Source: Patescibacteria group bacterium
GTDB lineage: Bacteria; Patescibacteriota; Patescibacteriia; UBA1558; GWA2-36-10
NCBI GenBank assembly: GCA_041665545.1
Contig: JBAYIQ010000004.1
Location: 18,132 to 82,131 of the forward strand
DNA: 64,000 nucleotides
Direction of reading: 5' to 3'
The translations under genes and the position numbers were made by a program. This document shows, piece after piece, positions 1 through 8,651 of this stretch (positions are counted from its first letter, which is position 1; every line of letters begins with the position of its first letter). Under the pieces are notes generated by a model. It made no database searches. It had not been told where the DNA came from and saw nothing but the letters and a program-made list of their open reading frames with translations.

Positions 1-1410
1 TAAATCACCCGCCTTAAAATCTATTGGTTTAATGTCGGTCAACTTCAAATCAACTGTTTTATTTTCTACCACAATATTTTTGGTGACTTCGTTGCTTAGA
101 CCAGCCGAATCGGTGACTTTTAATTTAATTAAATAATTACCAGCTTTTTCGTAAACATGATTTTCTTTAGCTTCATCACCATTTTGATTATCGCCAAAAT
201 CCCAAAAATATTTTAACTCCCCTTCTTCAGGGTCAATGGACTCACTGCCTGAAAAAATAATTTTTGTATTAGCAAAAAATTTATCACCTTCAATTTTTAA
301 CATTGCTTGCGGTGCTTGATTTTCAGGCAAAACATTGGCCTGTCCTGGTGTGGGACTTGGCGTCCAAGCAAACGAACCATTTATCAAGGCCAGACTTTTT
401 CCCTCTGGCGCCGAAGCATCATAAATAGCGCTGTCTAATAAATTATTGTCCGGCGAATAAACTTTCACACTATCACCGCCAGTATTATTCAGTGATATTT
501 TTGTTTGATTTTTGTAGAGTACTAAGTACGAATTGCCAGCCAAAAGCAAACCCTGCCCAATAGTATATTGTCCGGCCGAATTATCCTGCACTTTGAAGCC
601 AGACAAGTCAACGGTATTTTGTCCTTGATTAAATAACTCTATCCATTCAGCGTCGTCACTACCTACTGGATTGGGCAACAACTCTGATATTTTTATCTGC
701 GACCAATAATTGCTTGGCGCTCTGGTGCCACCGCCAACTGGTGTTTCGGGAGCTGGCGACTGTGGTTCTTCATCATCAGGAGGATCATCATCGCCGCTGT
801 CATCATCTGGTGGCAAGACAGAGCCTTGGCTTTTGACTACACTCGGAGTGCCACCCAATACAAAGCTCTCTTGCCAGTTACTCACCGCGCTTTCTTGGGT
901 CAAATTTATTTTTTCTAGTGTTTTGCCATTGCCATTTGCTCCCCAAGCAGAATCATAATCAGAACTAATACCTTGACTCTGTCCACCATCAAAACTCAGG
1001 GCAACAGTGCTACTAGAATTGCCTAAGCTCATGACTGTATCAAAAACCGCTAATGCAAATCCCGGATGCTCGGTCAAAAAATTTTGCGCATCAGAGGCAA
1101 TGATAAAATATTCGCTCACGGCAATAGTGCTAGTGCCATTGACCAAATTCAAAATGTGATTTGAGCCATCAAAAAAACGCCAAGTATTAGCGCCCGACCC
1201 AGCCAAAACTTCGACGGCTTCCGAACCAGCATTATAGACCTCAATCCACTCACGACCGCTATCTGATCCGTCCAAATCGTACATGATTTCAGAAATCACC
1301 AAATCGCCACTCCCTGCTTGACTAGCTTGCGGACAAATCAAAACAAATATTAAAATAACAAGCGCCCAAAGGGCGGTCGCCCTTTGGGCGGAAATCGCTT
1401 TTCTTTTCAT
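1..1410 (-). CDS. Secreted lamin-tail-domain (2x LTD) + PKD protein, truncated by the window edge
   Basis: Absent from the ORF track. Manual translation from ATG 1410 gives MKRKAI...signal peptide, ISEIMYDLDGSDSGREWIEVYN and ISELLPNPVGSDDAEWIELFN (LTD motifs), and SGSESIDPEEGELKYFWDFGD (PKD motif). Confidence 0.85.
   Translation of the reverse strand, partial: MKRKAISAQRATALWALVILIFVLICPQASQAGSGDLVISEIMYDLDGSDSGREWIEVYNAGSEAVEVLAGSGANTWRFFDGSNHILNLVNGTSTIAVSEYFIIASDAQNFLTEHPGFALAVFDTVMSLGNSSSTVALSFDGGQSQGISSDYDSAWGANGNGKTLEKINLTQESAVSNWQESFVLGGTPSVVKSQGSVLPPDDDSGDDDPPDDEEPQSPAPETPVGGGTRAPSNYWSQIKISELLPNPVGSDDAEWIELFNQGQNTVDLSGFKVQDNSAGQYTIGQGLLLAGNSYLVLYKNQTKISLNNTGGDSVKVYSPDNNLLDSAIYDASAPEGKSLALINGSFAWTPSPTPGQANVLPENQAPQAMLKIEGDKFFANTKIIFSGSESIDPEEGELKYFWDFGDNQNGDEAKENHVYEKAGNYLIKLKVTDSAGLSNEVTKNIVVENKTVDLKLTDIKPIDFKAGDL
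1363..1390. repeat. 28-bp double-hairpin palindromic element, copy 1 (inside the 5' end of the LTD gene)
   Basis: Minus-strand CGCCCAAAGGGCGACCGCCCTTTGGGCG; related copies at 7461 and 52058. Confidence 0.8.
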
Positions 1411-1429
1411 ATTTAATTGTTAATTATAA

Positions 1430-2083
1430 TTATTGACTAAACTCTAAGGTCTCCAACATATCATTAAAAATTTTTCTATTTTTTTCGTTATATTCTTTTT
1501 CATAATAACTAAAAGTCATGACCTGATTGGTAATATTATTTAATAAATAAACCGTGTCCGAATAAACCCAATCTCGCTGACTACTGTCTCTATAATTTCC
1601 TTTAATCCTATAATCCTCTAGGCTTCTAAAATGATCTATCTTTGGATCTTTCAATAATGCCACGTCAGCAACAAGACCAATTGGATAATCAATATAGCTG
1701 TTGATTACTATTTTATTTTTATCTTTAAAAAAATCATCTACAACTCCGTCATTAAAACCAATTGATAATAGACTAGTAGATTCTATTTGTTCATTATATT
1801 CTCTATAATTCCAGTCACTTGGATATTGCACTCTAAAACAGCCCGCTTTATTTACATAAATTTTCCAACTAGCTATTTTGGCATTGCTTTCAAATCTACA
1901 ATTACCCACTATTACCGGTCTAAAAATAAAATTACTAGCGTCCTCTTGTTTTTTTTCATCGAGGATAATAATATTTTTATTTACTTGATCATTTTTAATT
2001 TTTACTTGCCACATCAAAAATAAATTTAAAAACAAAATTGGAAGCAAAACGATTAACAAAAAATATTTTTTCATAATATTCAT
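1430..2083 (-). CDS. Membrane-anchored hypothetical protein (PsbP-like, YPSDW motif)
   Basis: ORF track. N-terminal TM helix, FRVQYPSDW motif and C-terminal IFNDMLETLEF typical of CPR PsbP-like proteins. Start moved to ATG 2083 (alternative 2074). Confidence 0.65.
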   Translation of the reverse strand: MNIMKKYFLLIVLLPILFLNLFLMWQVKIKNDQVNKNIIILDEKKQEDASNFIFRPVIVGNCRFESNAKIASWKIYVNKAGCFRVQYPSDWNYREYNEQIESTSLLSIGFNDGVVDDFFKDKNKIVINSYIDYPIGLVADVALLKDPKIDHFRSLEDYRIKGNYRDSSQRDWVYSDTVYLLNNITNQVMTFSYYEKEYNEKNRKIFNDMLETLEFSQ

Positions 2084-2104
2084 ATTTAATCTAAAAATTA
2101 TAAC

Positions 2105-2144
2105 AAAGTTTTGGGGAGCATGAAAGGTTTTCCTCTCATGCTCC
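2105..2144 (-). terminator. Hairpin after GC-rich cassette 1
   Basis: GGAGCATGAGAGG-AAAA-CCTTTCATGCTCC on the minus strand; U-tract is weak. Confidence 0.55.
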
Positions 2145-2151
2145 TCCACGC

Positions 2152-2871
2152 CTACGCGCCGTAGACCAACAAAGAACGAATGGTGCCGTACAATGCCCTA
2201 CTGCTCTGACCCCAAGGATCGCGAACCAGGTAATTCGTGCCATCATAGGCATAAATCACCAAGTAATGACTGGGGGTAGTGCCAAAACTGACCCTTGCAA
2301 CGACTGGCCTACCAGTGGCCAGCTCTTTATAGATTTGGGTGTAAGCAATGTTGCGGTACGGCCTACTCACATAGCCATACTGCAGCGCTTCTGGCAAGCG
2401 AATAAGATCTCCGCATTCAGAGGTGGAAAAGGCATAGTGAGCCCTACCCTGGTAACTCCAGTTGTTAAGCACAACCGGCGTCATCGATGAGTAGCCCCAC
2501 CTCTTGTACAGCATGGCCAGGCAGGTGAGGTGACAGCCATACTTACCGATGGTCGAATTGCCGCAAGGGTAATTGAAACCAAGGGCAACATCCTTCCATG
2601 CCGGATCCAGCTGGCTGAAGTAAGGCACGTTCAGATAGATGCAGGCATTGGCCTTGTTCGGACTGACCTGCTCGGACGCCGCTCTGCCAGCAGCATTAAC
2701 CTCATCGGCAGAAATGTTGAGTTCGATGGGATCGTCGACCCCAGTATTCGGGTCAAAACTTCCGACTATCGGAGCCGTGACCATCGGCTCCTCCCTGTCA
2801 CAGCCCGCCATCCACGACAGCAGGCCCAGCGCCAGCAGTACGCTGACCAACAAACTCACTCGGCTCTTCAT
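2152..2871 (-). CDS. GC-rich cassette 1: lipoprotein with C39-like (papain-fold) peptidase domain
   Basis: Lipobox-like MAGC; LNVPYFSQLDPAW, GCHLTCLAM (Cys), HYLVI (His), RDPW (Asp). SD-like GGAAGGA before ATG 2871. Confidence 0.8.
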   Translation of the reverse strand: MKSRVSLLVSVLLALGLLSWMAGCDREEPMVTAPIVGSFDPNTGVDDPIELNISADEVNAAGRAASEQVSPNKANACIYLNVPYFSQLDPAWKDVALGFNYPCGNSTIGKYGCHLTCLAMLYKRWGYSSMTPVVLNNWSYQGRAHYAFSTSECGDLIRLPEALQYGYVSRPYRNIAYTQIYKELATGRPVVARVSFGTTPSHYLVIYAYDGTNYLVRDPWGQSSRALYGTIRSLLVYGA

Positions 2872-3104
2872 GACAAGTCCTTCCATGAAAAAGTCCAAGA
2901 ACAAACACGCGACTTGCTTTGAGGGTAATCCGCAAATAAACCTCCTTGGTTGTAAAGAACAAGTGCTCGTTCTTTTGCCCTCACAAAAGATTGAGCCAGC
3001 TAAAAATTTTCGCTTTTCTTAGCTTGGACAAGGCCCGAAAGATACAGGCAAACTTTTTAGGCCTTGCTCCAAGATAAAAAAATATCTTAAAAAATTATGA
3101 TAAA

Positions 3105-3518
3105 TTAATTATCTTCTTCAATTTGAATTTCCTCGATGTCAATTTCTTCCTCTTTGGCGTTTTCATCCCCTTTAGATTCCTTTTTTTGACTACCACCGAG
3201 CATGATCAAGTCAGAGGCCACAATCTCGGTCATATATTTTTTGACCTTATTCTTATCTTCCCAAGATCTGTTCTGCAAACGACCCTCGATAAAAACTTTG
3301 GAGCCCTTTTTCAAATAGACGGTGATGATTTCGGCCAAATGCCCCCAAGCCACCACCCGATGAAACTCAGCTCGATTCTTTTTTTCCTTGGTCTTGGCAT
3401 CGCGCCACACATAATTGGTAGCCAAAGTCATAGTGGCCACGGCTTGCCCGCTGGGCAAATTTTTACTGATCGGGTCTTTGGTAATGTTGCCGATCATACT
3501 AACCTTGTTTAGGTCCAT
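3105..3518 (-). CDS. ssb: Single-stranded DNA-binding protein
   Basis: MDLNKVSMIGN, EFHRVVAWG, LKKGSKVFIEGRLQNRSW, acidic tail. Confidence 0.95.
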   Translation of the reverse strand: MDLNKVSMIGNITKDPISKNLPSGQAVATMTLATNYVWRDAKTKEKKNRAEFHRVVAWGHLAEIITVYLKKGSKVFIEGRLQNRSWEDKNKVKKYMTEIVASDLIMLGGSQKKESKGDENAKEEEIDIEEIQIEEDN

Positions 3519-3588
3519 ATCGCTTTTCCTTTCTTTGTCTGCCGTTTTTCGACAGAATAATTATTAAGGCCAAACCAAAAACCCCTAT

Positions 3589-3828
3589 TTAACCCATGCC
3601 AAAATAGGGGTAGTTGGATTGACAAAAATGATTATTTATTTTAGAATTCAAATTGAGGTTAACCATTCCTTCAGGGGATATGGCAATCTCAAAATCGCTT
3701 TTCTTAACAAAGTCCCGCCCATAAAGCGGGGTTTTGTTTTTTATGTAAAATAAATAATCGTAAAAAATGTTATTAATCCAAGTGGATTTAGCAGAAAAAT
3801 TTGTTTTATTGTTAAAAATATAAAACAT
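3589..3828 (-). CDS. Possible small ORF/leader upstream of ssb (uncertain)
   Basis: ATG directly follows the AAGAAAAGCG motif, but the frame runs through hairpins and has no recognisable motif. Confidence 0.25.
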   Translation of the reverse strand: MFYIFNNKTNFSAKSTWINNIFYDYLFYIKNKTPLYGRDFVKKSDFEIAISPEGMVNLNLNSKINNHFCQSNYPYFGMG

Positions 3829-3887
3829 CGCTTTTCTTTACCTTGTTTATAGCCGTCTATAAAAACAATGACGGCTTACCATGCCGT

Positions 3888-3915
3888 CATATTATCACCC
3901 GTTATTTTATTGTCA
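3888..3915 (-). promoter_or_regulatory. sigma70-type promoter for the ssb leader region
   Basis: TTGACA-16 nt (ending TGA)-TAATAT on the minus strand. Confidence 0.55.
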
Positions 3916-3919
3916 AGAC

Positions 3920-4522
3920 CTAGCCCAAATATCTTCCCAAAAAACTACGCCGATGCAGCGGACACAAGCCGTGCTCTTTTATTAATCGTAAATGTTCCTT
4001 GGTGCCATAGCCCTTATGTTGATAAAAATTATAAGCTGGAAACTCTTTGTGCCAATCTGTCATTAATTTGTCGCGATATACTTTGGCAATAATTGAGGCG
4101 GCGGCAATTTCTTCATGTCTGCTTTCACCGTGCTGGAAAAATTCAAGCTTAGTGTCGGGCCAATATTTTTTGGCCGCGCCCACATAGTCAGCCACCATGT
4201 TTATTTCTCCATGATTGATGTTAATAATTTTTTTTAATAAATCATTAAGCGCTTCTTGCATGACCAAAATATTAGCCACTTGGATACCGCGTTGATCAAT
4301 AATTTGATTATCAATTATTTTGATGCTAAACAAAAAATTTTCAACTATCAATTCGCTCAAAGCTTCTCTTTTTTTCTGAGACAACAATTTGGAATCACGA
4401 ACTTGTTTTAAAATATTTTTTTGCTCCTCCGAGCCCATAGAAAAAACTGCCGCGCCCACAATTGGCCCAGCCACTGGTCCTCTACCCACTTCGTCAATGC
4501 CAATTTTATATTTACTGATCAT
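3920..4522 (-). CDS. rnhB: Ribonuclease HII
   Basis: GIDEVGRGP, DSKLLS, IAAASIIAKVYRD, HKGYGT motifs. Confidence 0.95.
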   Translation of the reverse strand: MISKYKIGIDEVGRGPVAGPIVGAAVFSMGSEEQKNILKQVRDSKLLSQKKREALSELIVENFLFSIKIIDNQIIDQRGIQVANILVMQEALNDLLKKIININHGEINMVADYVGAAKKYWPDTKLEFFQHGESRHEEIAAASIIAKVYRDKLMTDWHKEFPAYNFYQHKGYGTKEHLRLIKEHGLCPLHRRSFLGRYLG

Positions 4523-4555
4523 TAAAATACTCTAAGTACCGTTGACGAGTTTTTG

Positions 4556-5779
4556 TTACTCTTTCATAGCTTCAGCTATTCGCTCAATAGCCAGTACAAA
4601 GGCCGCTGTTCGATAATCAATTCTTTTCTCTTTGGCTATATCAAAAACTTTTTGCCAAGCATCAATCATCTTGTCTTTAAGTTTGGTGCTTACTTCTTCT
4701 TCACTCCAATATTGATCAGCTTTGTTTTGCAACCACTCAAAGTATGAAACCGTCACACCACCCGCATTAGCCAAAACATCAGGTATTACCTCCACCCCTT
4801 TAGCAAAAAGTATTTCATCGGCTTCGGGTGTAGTTGGGCCATTGCCCATCTCCAAAATTACTTTGGCTTTGATACTTGGCGCGTTGTCGGCTGTAATTTG
4901 ATTTTCCAAGGCCGCTGGCACCAAAACATCAACTGGTAAGGCAAAAAATTCTTCCAAAGAAATTTCTTTAGTATCAGGTAAACCACTCAATGATTGTTTG
5001 TTTTCTTTGCGTGTCAAAATTTCATTGATGTTTAGTCCGCCTTCTTTATAGATAACATTTTTGGAATCAGCCACGGCTACTACTTTGTAGCCCCCATCAA
5101 ATAAAAACTTGGCCATGCCACCACCGACATTGCCTAGACCTTGGATAGCCACGGACATGTTTTTTGGATTCCAAGATCTTTTGGCCACCAAGTCAGACAA
5201 GACAAACATGCCACCTTTGGCCGTGGCTGGACCCCTTCCTTTTGAGCCACCCATATCTAGGGGCTTGCCAGTGACCACTCCTAACTGTTTTTCACCAACT
5301 AATTTTGAATATTCGTCAGCCATCCAAGCCATAGTTTGAGGATTGGTGTAGACATCTGGCGCTGGGATATCTTTGTCTGGTCCGATTAAGTCTTTGAAAG
5401 CCCCAACCCAAGCGCGAGAAATTTTTTCCAACTCATTGGCGGACAGCGTTTTGGTGTCTATTACCACCCCACCCTTGGCTCCGCCCATAGGTATGTCAAC
5501 CACCGCTGTTTTGATGCTCATCCAAAAAGCCAAGGCCTTGACCTCGGCAATGTCCACCTGCGGATGAAAGCGAATGCCTCCCTTGTATGGACCGCGAGCA
5601 TTGTTGTACTGCACGCGATAGCCCTCGTATATTTCCAAAGTATTGTCGTCTTTTTTTATTGCTAAATTAGCCGTGATTATTTTGTCAGGCACGCTTAATT
5701 TTTTCAATATTTCCGGACTCAATTTAATTATAGCAGCTGCTTTTGTCAGCTGTTGTAAAGCATTGTCAAATGGATTCAT
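4556..5779 (-). CDS. gdhA: Glu/Leu/Phe/Val (glutamate) dehydrogenase
   Basis: GPYKGGIRFHP, GGAKGG, DIPAPD, IQGLGNVG, NAGGVTVSYFEW. Start set at ATG 5779 (MNPFDNA). Confidence 0.9.
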   Translation of the reverse strand: MNPFDNALQQLTKAAAIIKLSPEILKKLSVPDKIITANLAIKKDDNTLEIYEGYRVQYNNARGPYKGGIRFHPQVDIAEVKALAFWMSIKTAVVDIPMGGAKGGVVIDTKTLSANELEKISRAWVGAFKDLIGPDKDIPAPDVYTNPQTMAWMADEYSKLVGEKQLGVVTGKPLDMGGSKGRGPATAKGGMFVLSDLVAKRSWNPKNMSVAIQGLGNVGGGMAKFLFDGGYKVVAVADSKNVIYKEGGLNINEILTRKENKQSLSGLPDTKEISLEEFFALPVDVLVPAALENQITADNAPSIKAKVILEMGNGPTTPEADEILFAKGVEVIPDVLANAGGVTVSYFEWLQNKADQYWSEEEVSTKLKDKMIDAWQKVFDIAKEKRIDYRTAAFVLAIERIAEAMKE

Positions 5780-5789
5780 TTTTTTTAGT

Positions 5790-6731
5790 TTATTTACTCC
5801 AGTCTGGACCAGATACCTGGCCCTTCTGAAGATATTTATAAGCTTGCAAGGCGGCCTTGGCTCCTTCGCCAGCCGAGATGACCACCTGCTTGTAGACAAT
5901 CTGAGAAATATCACCGGCCGCAAATATGCCGGGCACATTAGTTTCGCAATCGGCGTTAATTTTAATCTCGTGCAATTCGGTCAAGTCCAACAAATCTTTG
6001 ACCCAGTCGGTTTTGGCAATGTGGCCAATTTCTACAAATACACCGTCAACCTTTATTTCTTTATTCTCGCCCTTTGATTCGTAAATCAAGCTTTCTACTT
6101 TGGAACTGCCTTTAATTTCTTTGCTAACGGCCTCAAATAATATTTCTACCTTGGGATCATGGCTGACACGCTGAATCAAAACATCCTCACCCTTAAGTTG
6201 TGGCTGGCGTACCAAAAGATAAACCTTGGCCACAATTTTACTCAAATATTCAGCTGCATCCATAGCGGAATTTCCACCACCAACCACTACTACTGTTTTG
6301 CCTTTGTATAGCGGACCATCGCAAGTAGCGCAATAGGCCACCCCCCGACCAGTAAGCTCTTTTTCGCCAGGCACGTCTAGATTTCGAGGTGTCAGGCCAA
6401 AGGCCATGATTACTGCTTTGGTCTCAAATTTTTGATTATCGGCTGTCTGTAAAATAAAAAAATCATCTTTTTTTTCGACTCTACTTATTTCCGCTGTAAC
6501 TAGTGTGGCTCCGCTTTTTTCGGCCTGAGCCAACATCTTTTGACCCAAAACCGGTCCCTCTATTTCTTCGTAACCAGGATAATTTTCAATGCTGTTGGTC
6601 AAAGCCATTTGCCCGCCAATATCCATAGAAACTATCAGGGTTTTCAAAGCTCTTCGCGCCGCATAAATAGCGGCCGTAAGCCCTGCCGGTCCTCCGCCAA
6701 CAACCACCACGTCATATTTATTGTCCGTCAT
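5790..6731 (-). CDS. trxB: Thioredoxin reductase
   Basis: GGGPAGLTAA, CATCDG active site, GGGNSA, GIFAAGD. Confidence 0.95.
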   Translation of the reverse strand: MTDNKYDVVVVGGGPAGLTAAIYAARRALKTLIVSMDIGGQMALTNSIENYPGYEEIEGPVLGQKMLAQAEKSGATLVTAEISRVEKKDDFFILQTADNQKFETKAVIMAFGLTPRNLDVPGEKELTGRGVAYCATCDGPLYKGKTVVVVGGGNSAMDAAEYLSKIVAKVYLLVRQPQLKGEDVLIQRVSHDPKVEILFEAVSKEIKGSSKVESLIYESKGENKEIKVDGVFVEIGHIAKTDWVKDLLDLTELHEIKINADCETNVPGIFAAGDISQIVYKQVVISAGEGAKAALQAYKYLQKGQVSGPDWSK

Positions 6732-6737
6732 AAAAAA

Positions 6738-7061
6738 TTATAATTGTTTATTAATTTTTTCTAACAAAACTTTTTTGGACTGCATACCCACCATATCCTC
6801 TACTACCTTTCCACCTTTAAAAATCTTTAAGGCCGGGATAGACATTATTTCAAACTCTTGGGACTTAAGTGGGTTTTCCTCAACATTAAATTTAGCAATT
6901 TTTATATTGCTTTTGTCTTTCAGCTCTTCGGCTAGCTGGTCAATGATTGGTCCTTGCATTTTGCAAGGCATACACCAAGAGGCCCAAAAATCCACCAAGG
7001 CCACTCCCTCAAAATTTTTTATTTCTTGATCAAAGTTTTGATCGTTTAATTCTAATGCCAT
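6738..7061 (-). CDS. trxA: Thioredoxin
   Basis: VDFWASWCMPCK active site. Confidence 0.95.
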   Translation of the reverse strand: MALELNDQNFDQEIKNFEGVALVDFWASWCMPCKMQGPIIDQLAEELKDKSNIKIAKFNVEENPLKSQEFEIMSIPALKIFKGGKVVEDMVGMQSKKVLLEKINKQL

Positions 7062-7078
7062 AAATTTGTTATTAATTA

Positions 7079-7342
7079 TTAACTAGTTTTAAATAATATT
7101 TCTATTAATTTATTTAATTCTTTTTTCTTATTTTTAGTTCCCGACTGATAACAGCCATTCACCTTGTCAGTAATTAGCAAACGAGTGACCGAGTCCAGTG
7201 AAGCGCGCGCAGCCATCACCACTCGCACCACTTCTTCCACTTCTCTTTTTTCGCCGTACATTTTTTCAATCGCGCGAATCTGACCCTCAATGCGATGAAG
7301 TTGAGAATAGATTTTTTGTGGATGACAGGATTGTTTGCTCAT
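7079..7342 (-). CDS. CsoR/RcnR-family transcriptional repressor
   Basis: LHRIEGQIRAIEKM signature, 87 aa. Confidence 0.85.
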   Translation of the reverse strand: MSKQSCHPQKIYSQLHRIEGQIRAIEKMYGEKREVEEVVRVVMAARASLDSVTRLLITDKVNGCYQSGTKNKKKELNKLIEILFKTS

Positions 7343-7386
7343 ATACCCTCTGGGGGTATTATATCAAACCAGTAAAAACACGTCAA
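7343..7386 (-). promoter_or_regulatory. Promoter with overlapping CsoR-type operator
   Basis: TTGACG-17 nt-TATAAT running into the palindrome ATACCCCCAGAGGGTAT, then ATG. G/C-tract operators are typical of the CsoR/RcnR family. Confidence 0.8.
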
Positions 7387-7404
7387 GTGTGGTGGTGGAA
7401 AATC

Positions 7405-7780
7405 ACTAACCCCTCCAACCTCCCCTTAACAGGGGAGGAACATTTAAGCCCCCCTTGTCTCGCCCACAGGGCGATCACCCTCTGGGTGAAAAGGGGGTTC
7501 CTGCCTGCCGGTAGGCAGGAAGCAATCTACAAGCTTGTGGATTGCCACGCCCCGTCGCGTCAGACGCGACGGGGCTCGCAATGACGAACCGAAAAACTAA
7601 CTTCGGATCAACAAACTTCTCGACTCCCCCTCGACCTGGCTCGGGGTCGCTCGGGATTTCGCGAGACAAACAGGAGGATACTTTTTGTTTGAAGTCATTG
7701 TTAATATTTCAGTGTCATTCCTGCGAAGGCAGGAATCTAGCCAGATCCCGCAACAAGTGCGGCAAGTGCGGGATAACAAC
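7405..7780. repeat. Cluster of nested REP-like palindromic elements
   Basis: CCTCCCCTTAACAGGGGAGG; 28-bp double hairpin at 7461; CCTGCCTGCCGGTAGGCAGG at 7500; GATTGCCAC...CTCGCAATGAC at about 7540-7585; TGTCATTCCTGCGAAGGCAGGAATC at about 7713. Confidence 0.8.
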
Positions 7781-7863
7781 ATGGTTGGGGGGTTTGTTTT
7801 AAATCCTCCTTGTCAAACGGCCCTGCCCGAGCTTGCTCGAAGAAATAGACCCTTGTGCGATAT

Positions 7864-7900
7864 TTGACAATAATCTTAATAGGTGATATAATATAGTGTT
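7864..7900 (+). promoter_or_regulatory. Cassette 2 promoter
   Basis: TTGACA-17 nt-TATAAT-ATAGTGTT. Confidence 0.85.
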
Positions 7901-7922
7901 TCCATAACCGGGAGGTTCTTTC

Positions 7923-8183
7923 ATGGCAGACCGTAAGGGTCCTTCGGCTGTAAGCTCGGTCTTCATCTGGCTGGCGTATTTGTCGGCAATTGCCGGCGAA
8001 TCCCTTCTTCTCTGCAAGACTTGGTGGGAGTTTGCGGCGCTTGTGGGCATTGGCGTCGCTGTTTTCTTCCTCGTCGCGTTCTTCATTGGCCTATTTAGCA
8101 TCAAGCGCCACGGCGCCGTCCATGTCCTGCTGATAGCAGTACTCGTGCTTTCGGCAATGACTCACCTGGCCATCTTCGCGTGA
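7923..8183 (+). CDS. GC-rich cassette 2: small 3-TM membrane protein
   Basis: SD GGAGGT, three hydrophobic segments, own promoter and terminator. Confidence 0.75.
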   Translation: MADRKGPSAVSSVFIWLAYLSAIAGESLLLCKTWWEFAALVGIGVAVFFLVAFFIGLFSIKRHGAVHVLLIAVLVLSAMTHLAIFA

Positions 8184-8209
8184 CAACACATCACCCAGAA
8201 TGGAGAATC

Positions 8210-8249
8210 GGCCCCGTAAGTGTACGCAACGCTACGGGGTCTTAATTTT
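8210..8249 (+). terminator. Terminator of cassette 2
   Basis: GGCCCCGTA...TACGGGGTC followed by TTAATTTT. Confidence 0.7.
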
Positions 8250-8274
8250 GTTTAATTTATCATGAGTTAGCTAA

Positions 8275-8385
8275 CCCAGTTAGAAATTTACCTTAGTTGG
8301 CATATGAGATAAACTTATATAAGCAACTAAGTGACAATTTTACTAATAATACGGCATAAAATATTCAAAATAATTTCTAACTGGG
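8275..8385. mobile_element. MITE-like element (CCC[A/G]GTTAGAAAT terminal inverted repeats)
   Basis: CCCAGTTAGAAATT...AATTTCTAACTGGG flanked by CTAA on both sides. Confidence 0.75.
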
Positions 8386-8439
8386 CTAATATTAGCCAAA
8401 AGTATTGCTTCTGTAAAGAAATGGCAGTAAATATAGGGA

Positions 8440-8468
8440 TTGACAAAATTTGATAAAGGGTGTATAAT
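8440..8468 (+). promoter_or_regulatory. Cassette 3 promoter
   Basis: TTGACA-17 nt (ending GGTG)-TATAAT. Confidence 0.85.
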
Positions 8469-8651
8469 TTTATGTTACTTTAAGTACCTTAATATTTACT
8501 TGCAAACAGCCATAATAGCCCCAGCGTTTAGATTATCTATTATATAGATAGTTTAACCGCTGCGGCTATTCGATAGTCGCTTCTACTGGTGTGCCTTGTG
8601 TCTTTACATGGTGTAAAGATAAGAGGTGTACCGAAAAAAGGAGAGAAAACC

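Noticed and set aside
7405-7780. Possible CRISPR array or integron attC array
   Set aside because: No constant repeat with regular spacers, and no cas or intI gene in the window.
7198-7867. Several 60-128 aa ORFs
   Set aside because: They run through stacked palindromic repeats and have no protein-like motifs.
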